In this document: positions 57,030 to 61,851 of the stretch, piece by piece | How positions within the stretch are numbered: position 1 is the first letter of the stretch | How the letters are laid out: every line of letters starts with the position of its first letter | Notes under the pieces: generated by a model | Told to the model about the DNA's origin: nothing | The model's input: only the letters and a program-made list of their open reading frames with translations | The model's database searches: none | Virus record (IMG/VR): IMGVR_UViG_3300048597_000294 | Span: 1-61,851 of that record | Source of the DNA: a virus | Lineage: Duplodnaviria > Caudoviricetes | Strand: one strand, 5' to 3' | Length of the DNA stretch: 61,851 bases | Program-made: the position numbers and the translations under genes

Positions 57030-57428
57030 ATGACCGCACGCGACGGTTCTCTCGGCCTGGTGACGACGATGCTCCGCGGCCCCACCACGGTGGGCTCGAG
57101 CGTCGACACGGCGTCGATCGACATGTCCACCCACGCTCACGCGCTGTTCCACATCACCTCGACGGTGACCAGCGGCAAGGCGCTGGCTGTCACGCTGTAC
57201 GACAGCGACGACAACTCCAACTTCTCGGCCGTGGCGGCGCTCGACACGGTCAACTTCGCCGTCGACTCGAGCAGCATCACGCAGACCATCCTCGTCGCGT
57301 CTCGCCGCACGCGTCGCTACGTGCGCCTGCGCCTCGCCGGCACGTCCTCGCCGGCCACGTGCGTCACGGTGACCCAGCTCAACGCCCACAACCTCCGCTT
57401 CGACACGATCAACGCCAAGCTGCTGTGA
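57030..57428 (+). CDS. Second cement-like paralogue
   Basis: SID......LF.I......VTLYDSDDNSNFS...RRYVRL. Confidence 0.65.
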   Translation: MTARDGSLGLVTTMLRGPTTVGSSVDTASIDMSTHAHALFHITSTVTSGKALAVTLYDSDDNSNFSAVAALDTVNFAVDSSSITQTILVASRRTRRYVRLRLAGTSSPATCVTVTQLNAHNLRFDTINAKLL

Positions 57429-58027
57429 ACCTCACGACGAAAGAGCGGGTCAAGGCCCTGATGAAGGAGGACAGCGCCACGCGCGATGCCCTCATCGATC
57501 AGCTCATCGCCTTCGTGTCCGCCGACATGGAGGCGTGGCTCCGTCGCGACGTGCAGATCGAGACGCGGCGCACGGACATCATCCCCGTCGAGTGGGGCGT
57601 CGTGGAGATCCCGCTGCAGGCCTACCCCGTCACGGCGATCACGTCGGTCCGCAACAACAGCGTGAACTCGTTCTCGGGGCGCCCGACCTGGGTGATCAAC
57701 GAGGACTACATCGCGCGCCTGGACATCGGGACGATCCAGCCGCTGACCGAGCCCGAATGGCTCGTCGACAGCACCGGGCGCCCGAAGGCTCCCACGTGGT
57801 TCGAGGTGCAGTACTCCGGCGGCATGGCCGCGGACACGGCCTCGTTCATCACGAACTACCCGGCCCTGGCTGGCGCCTGCGACATGCAGGTGCGCTACCT
57901 GTCCCAGCGCCTCGCCGCGCTCGGCGGCAACGTGCAGATCGGCGACAGTGGCACCGAGTTCGTGAAGGCCTACGACTGGTTGCCCGCGGTGGCCCGCGCC
58001 TTGGCGTACGAACGCCGGGAGGCGTGA
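57425..58027 (+). CDS. Head-tail adaptor
   Basis: LTT.ERVK..M...DALI..LI..VSA..E; YPV..ITSV; VQYSGG. Confidence 0.8.
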   Translation: MNLTTKERVKALMKEDSATRDALIDQLIAFVSADMEAWLRRDVQIETRRTDIIPVEWGVVEIPLQAYPVTAITSVRNNSVNSFSGRPTWVINEDYIARLDIGTIQPLTEPEWLVDSTGRPKAPTWFEVQYSGGMAADTASFITNYPALAGACDMQVRYLSQRLAALGGNVQIGDSGTEFVKAYDWLPAVARALAYERREA

Positions 58028-58031
58028 CGCC

Positions 58032-58721
58032 GTGGGACTCTCCATCCAAGTCGACGCGCGCAAGCTCTCGCAGGCGCTGGAGCGCATGCCGGAGCTCATG
58101 GCTCGGCGCGGCCAGGCGGCGTTCAGTCGAGCGGGGAACGACTTCACGGGCGGCGTCATCAAGCGCATGGGGAAGTACCCCAACGCGCCAGGCGGCGGTC
58201 TGAACATCCGCTCGGCGCGGCTGCGCGACTCGATCGGCTTCGCGGTGACCGGCGACTCGCTCGGCACCTTGCAGCTCAAGGTGTTCTCGGCGGGCGTGCC
58301 CTACGCGAACCTCCAGGAGTACGGCGGCGTCGTGCGCCCGAAGACGGGCAAATTCCTGACGATCCCCACGCCCGCGAACCTGACCGGCGCAGGCGTGCCC
58401 CGTTTCCCGAGCGCGCGCGACTTCATCAACCAGCACAAGGGCGAGACGTTCTGGCTGCGCACCGAGGCCGGTGGGCGGCAGAACCTGCTGCTCATGTGGA
58501 AGAAGCCGGGGCTGGCGCAGCGCCGCTCCTTGAAGCTCGGCAACAGCAAGGCGGCCAAGGAGACGGCCGTGCCCATGTTCCGCTTGGTGCGATCCTCGAC
58601 CGTGCGCGGTCGCTTGGGCATGCGCGACACGTGGAACGAACTGTCGCAGGACCGCATGGACAAGCTCTCGGCCGCGATGCGCCTCGCCGTGCGCGACGCC
58701 CTGGGAGGTTCCGGTGGCTGA
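58032..58721 (+). CDS. Neck/tail-completion protein
   Basis: RS.RLR.SI, VPYA..QEYGG.V.PK..K.LTIP. Confidence 0.7.
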   Translation: MGLSIQVDARKLSQALERMPELMARRGQAAFSRAGNDFTGGVIKRMGKYPNAPGGGLNIRSARLRDSIGFAVTGDSLGTLQLKVFSAGVPYANLQEYGGVVRPKTGKFLTIPTPANLTGAGVPRFPSARDFINQHKGETFWLRTEAGGRQNLLLMWKKPGLAQRRSLKLGNSKAAKETAVPMFRLVRSSTVRGRLGMRDTWNELSQDRMDKLSAAMRLAVRDALGGSGG

Positions 58722-59049
58722 GATCGTGTGGGCGCTCGAGCCGGAGTTCAGCGTGCGTCGCCGCGGGCAACGTCGCGGCGTCGCAACGCCGCCCGACGGC
58801 GGGTTCGTGCAGCGCCGCCAGCTCGTCGACCGCGAGCTTCCGGCCTGGGTCCTCACCTGGAAGCACTGCCGCCGCTCGGCGATGGGCCTGCTCGAGTACT
58901 ACTGGGCCGAGACCAAACGCGGCGTAGTGCCGATGCTCTACACCCCGCCGGACGAGCCGCAGTTGCGCGTGTGCATCGCGTCGTTCACGCGTCGCTGGAC
59001 GAGCTCCCACGGCGGCGAGGCCGAGGTCGTGCTGGAGGCGATCCGCTGA
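58714..59049 (+). CDS. Stand-alone gpM/distal-tail-like protein
   Basis: DGGFVQRR...WVLTW...GVVPMLYTPP...RV.. Confidence 0.6.
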   Translation: MAEIVWALEPEFSVRRRGQRRGVATPPDGGFVQRRQLVDRELPAWVLTWKHCRRSAMGLLEYYWAETKRGVVPMLYTPPDEPQLRVCIASFTRRWTSSHGGEAEVVLEAIR

Positions 59050-59345
59050 TGGCACGCGTCCGCAACCTCGACTACGGCGAAGGCGTCAAGGGCATCGCGT
59101 TCGAATGCCCCGGGTGCGAGAGCCATCACGCCGTGCCCACGACCGGCCCGAGGGCCTGGCGCTACAACGACGACATGGACGCTCCGACGCTGGAGCCGTC
59201 CATCCTTGTGCGCTGGCCGCAGGGCGATCCGCCCGTGAACAAGGTGTGCCACTCGTTCGTGCGCGCCGGCCGCATCGAGTTCCTGAGCGACTGCACCCAC
59301 AAGCTCGCGGGTCAGACCGTCGAGCTGATGGAGGTCGCGCCGTGA
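59049..59345 (+). CDS. DUF6527-like zinc protein
   Basis: CPGC..HH...W.YN....PTLEPSI...CHSFV..GRIEFLSDCTH.LAGQTV. Confidence 0.8.
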   Translation: MARVRNLDYGEGVKGIAFECPGCESHHAVPTTGPRAWRYNDDMDAPTLEPSILVRWPQGDPPVNKVCHSFVRAGRIEFLSDCTHKLAGQTVELMEVAP

Positions 59346-59806
59346 CCTACGACCCGACCCGCACGTCGATCCGCGAGCTGATCCTCCAGGACGTCGAGAC
59401 CGTGCTCGAGGCGATCGCGCCTCCGTCCTACGCCACGACGATCAACGCCGTCCGACGGTGGAATGCCAACCTGTCGCTCGACATGGAGGTGTTCCCGGCG
59501 GTCGCGATCGTTCCTGGCGAGGAGCATCACGACGACGGACGCAGCCAGGTCATCGAGCACACGATGCAGGTCCACCTGGTCTTCGGCACCCGAGGATCGG
59601 ACTGGCCCACGGCGATGAACAAGCTGCTCGCAGATCTGCGGGTGGCGCTGACGAACGACCCGAGCCGAGGTGGCAACGCCATCACGACTCGAATCACAGA
59701 CGACCGCATCTACGACGCAGACGGCCAACAGGAGGTCGGCGGCGGCGAGATGCTCCTCACCATCCTGTACCGCACGCGTTACGACGACCCGACCACCGCA
59801 CAGTAG
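59342..59806 (+). CDS. Tail terminator protein
   Basis: SIRELIL......L; FPAVAI; DPSRGG.A; Y...Y.DP; upstream of tube. Confidence 0.75.
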   Translation: MTYDPTRTSIRELILQDVETVLEAIAPPSYATTINAVRRWNANLSLDMEVFPAVAIVPGEEHHDDGRSQVIEHTMQVHLVFGTRGSDWPTAMNKLLADLRVALTNDPSRGGNAITTRITDDRIYDADGQQEVGGGEMLLTILYRTRYDDPTTAQ

Positions 59807-59817
59807 GAGCACCGCCC

Positions 59818-61341
59818 ATGGCTCAGAAGAACCGCCAACAAGTTTTCCTCGCCGCCGAAGGCCAGGAGAACGTCTCGATCGCACTCGCGACCCTCGTGGT
59901 GTCGGGCGCGAAGAACTACCTCAACATCGACCCGTCCCTGGACTTCGACGTCGCGTCGATCCAGCGCAAGGTCAACCGCACGTCGCACACGCCCGCCCAA
60001 CCCATCCCGGGCCTGAAGACGGGCACGCTGAAGTTCGGCGTCGAAGTGACCGGCGCGCTGTCCCTCTCGGACCGCTCGATGCTGCACACGCCGCTCCAGA
60101 TCTGCGGCTTCCGCGCGGAGATCCTCAAGAAGGCCGCCATCGGCGCGATCACGCCCGGCACGTCCGCCTCGCCGGCCACGATCTACACGCGGTTCCTGCA
60201 CGGGGAGGGGATCGCGATCGACAGCGATCCGACCACGCGCATCGGCACGGTGTGTCGCGACACGTACGACGGTGACCCGCACATCTACTTCGCCGCGGGC
60301 TCGGAGCTGGGCAACGCGACGCTTCCCGTCTCGGGCGATACGCTCGTCGGCATGACCAGCAAGTGCGAGGTCGACCTCACCGCCGACGCGGTCGCGAACG
60401 CCGCGTGGGGCTACTGGCCGTCGAGCGAGCGACGCCTCACGATGGTGTTCTCGACGCTCTCGAACAGCCTCGCCGTCGGCGACGTGCTCCAGGGCGCGAC
60501 GAGCGGCGCGACCGCGCTCGTGCAGGTCGCGGCCAGCTCGGGCTCGACCATCAGCGTGTACGCGACGCCCACGGGCGGCACGTTCAGCGCCTCGGAGACC
60601 ATCAAGCGCCTGACGCCCAACGCCGACAGCGACGTCGGCACGACCTCGTCCGTCACGCTCACGATCTGCCCGACGGGCTCGGGCGCGCTGACGAACGACG
60701 GCGTGTGGGAGGGCTTGTACGGCCTGGCCGGCACGAGCACCCACCGCTTCCCGATCGGCGACCTGCCCATCACGACCTTCGAGATGAAGGGCAGCTACCT
60801 CGACTGCAAGGACGGCGCGAACGTCACGCCGACCAGCCCGGCGTCGTGGGCGCTCCCGGCTCCGTTCCTGCAGGCGGGCTTCCAGATCGGCAACACGAAC
60901 GCGGCCGGACGCTCGGCCTTCAAGTCGCCGTGCCTGGCCACGATCGAGGTCGCGATGAACAACGACCTGCAGCAGCGCCAGTGCGCGAACTCGAGCACCG
61001 GCGTGCTGGGCTACGAGATCGTCGGCCGCGCGCCGTCCTGCACGATCGACCCCGACCTCGACCTCGAGGCCATCTTCCCGGTCATCGGCAACCTGATCGG
61101 GAGCCAGAACGTGTGCCTCGACTGGATCGTGCGTCCGGTCGACATCACGCAGCGCGACAACCGCGTGTTCCTGTACCAGATCCCGCAGGCGGCCATCACC
61201 GTCAGCACGAAGGCGGACCGCAACGGCCGACTCGTGCGCAACCTGACGCTGGTCCCGAACTCGGGCGACACGAGCCTGGTCCACGACCACGACTTCGTCA
61301 TCGTGCACGACTTCACGATCGACTCGGGCACGGGCATCTGA
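59818..61341 (+). CDS. Major tail tube protein with internal beta-repeat insertion
   Basis: Tube-like N/C halves (L..CGF; F.MKG; MNN.L..R..ANS..G...I..R); central GD.L.G.TS.A repeats. Confidence 0.75.
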   Translation: MAQKNRQQVFLAAEGQENVSIALATLVVSGAKNYLNIDPSLDFDVASIQRKVNRTSHTPAQPIPGLKTGTLKFGVEVTGALSLSDRSMLHTPLQICGFRAEILKKAAIGAITPGTSASPATIYTRFLHGEGIAIDSDPTTRIGTVCRDTYDGDPHIYFAAGSELGNATLPVSGDTLVGMTSKCEVDLTADAVANAAWGYWPSSERRLTMVFSTLSNSLAVGDVLQGATSGATALVQVAASSGSTISVYATPTGGTFSASETIKRLTPNADSDVGTTSSVTLTICPTGSGALTNDGVWEGLYGLAGTSTHRFPIGDLPITTFEMKGSYLDCKDGANVTPTSPASWALPAPFLQAGFQIGNTNAAGRSAFKSPCLATIEVAMNNDLQQRQCANSSTGVLGYEIVGRAPSCTIDPDLDLEAIFPVIGNLIGSQNVCLDWIVRPVDITQRDNRVFLYQIPQAAITVSTKADRNGRLVRNLTLVPNSGDTSLVHDHDFVIVHDFTIDSGTGI

Positions 61342-61365
61342 TCTCTGATCGGACGCCTGGCAGTT

Positions 61366-61408
61366 GGTGGGGCTCGCGATTCCTGGTCGCGGGCCCCGCC
61401 TCTTTCTT
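61366..61408 (+). terminator. Rho-independent terminator after tail tube
   Basis: GGTGGGGCTCGCGA-loop-TCGCGGGCCCCGCC followed by TCTTTCTT. Confidence 0.75.
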
Positions 61409-61443
61409 GACTGAGCCGAGAGCTTCGTCCAGGGTAGTGCTTC

Positions 61444-61851
61444 ATGGTGCAAAGCTGGGTCCGTGAGCTCCGCGCGATCGACGAGGCGCGCTTCGCCCTC
61501 AACGTCGTCTCCGTGTTTCGTGGGAGCATCACGGCCAACCGCCAGTGCCTGCTCCCGGTGACCGTCAGCGTGCCGCGGCCCGACGACGCGGTTCCGCGAG
61601 CGTTCCGCACCGTCAAGGCGATCTTCTCCACCGGGGCGTCACGCAGCGCCGTGAGCGTGTCCCTCGCGCGCGAGCTGGGGCTGCCGCTCGTCGGACCCAA
61701 GCGCGCGAAGGGCGCCTCGGCCGTGCGCGAGTTCGACGCCGCGATCGAGATGCTCGACGCGCAGGAGCGGCCTCACGTGTCGAACTGCCGGCTGATCGGC
61801 ATGACGGTCGGGGAGGGGGAGCCCCAGGTCGTCATGGGGATGGAGCGGCTC
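61444..61851 (+). CDS. Retropepsin (clan AA)-like protein, 5' part; continues across the junction to 144
   Basis: ATG 61444; VKAIFSTGASRSAVSVSLARELGL resembles the hhDTGA..s..la.eLGL signature with D replaced by S. Confidence 0.6.
   Translation, partial: MVQSWVRELRAIDEARFALNVVSVFRGSITANRQCLLPVTVSVPRPDDAVPRAFRTVKAIFSTGASRSAVSVSLARELGLPLVGPKRAKGASAVREFDAAIEMLDAQERPHVSNCRLIGMTVGEGEPQVVMGMERL
61792..61851. repeat. Terminal direct repeat, right copy (circular overlap)
   Basis: 58/60 identical to 1-60; ORF starting at 61444 continues in frame into base 1. Confidence 0.95.

Overview
The window is an apparently complete, circularly permuted genome (~61.8 kb, GC-rich) of a temperate tailed phage with siphovirus-like architecture. 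Bases 1-60 repeat at 61792-61851 with 2 mismatches, and one ORF reads through the junction. Head genes: TerS/TerL, portal-MuF fusion, HK97 protease, capsid and head-tail genes (48.3-61.3 kb). A moron-like cassette spans the junction (61.4-2.0 kb). The lambda-like tail has a frameshifted chaperone, TMP, gpM/L/K/I-J-like proteins and a fibre (2.1-18.7 kb). A putative lysis/late accessory block ends in an intact formylglycine-type sulfatase (18.8-22.4 kb). Next come a ParB-methyltransferase, two atypical tRNA genes abutting an RlaP-like nucleotidyltransferase, and a leftward early arm with recombination genes (24.8-35.5 kb). An XRE repressor, tyrosine integrase and attP (tRNA 3' end, Val-like) lie at 35.7-37.3 kb, followed by a rightward early/replication arm (37.5-48.3 kb). 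Most notable: (1) a GTCCTACAACG box at fixed spacing upstream of -10 hexamers before late genes, with a divergent RHH gene as candidate regulator; (2) a sulfatase that looks virion-tethered; (3) a defective-tRNA plus RNA-end-repair module; (4) a unimolecular-spanin-like lipoprotein with no recognisable endolysin; (5) leaderless promoters. All family calls come from motif recognition by eye; no database searches were run.
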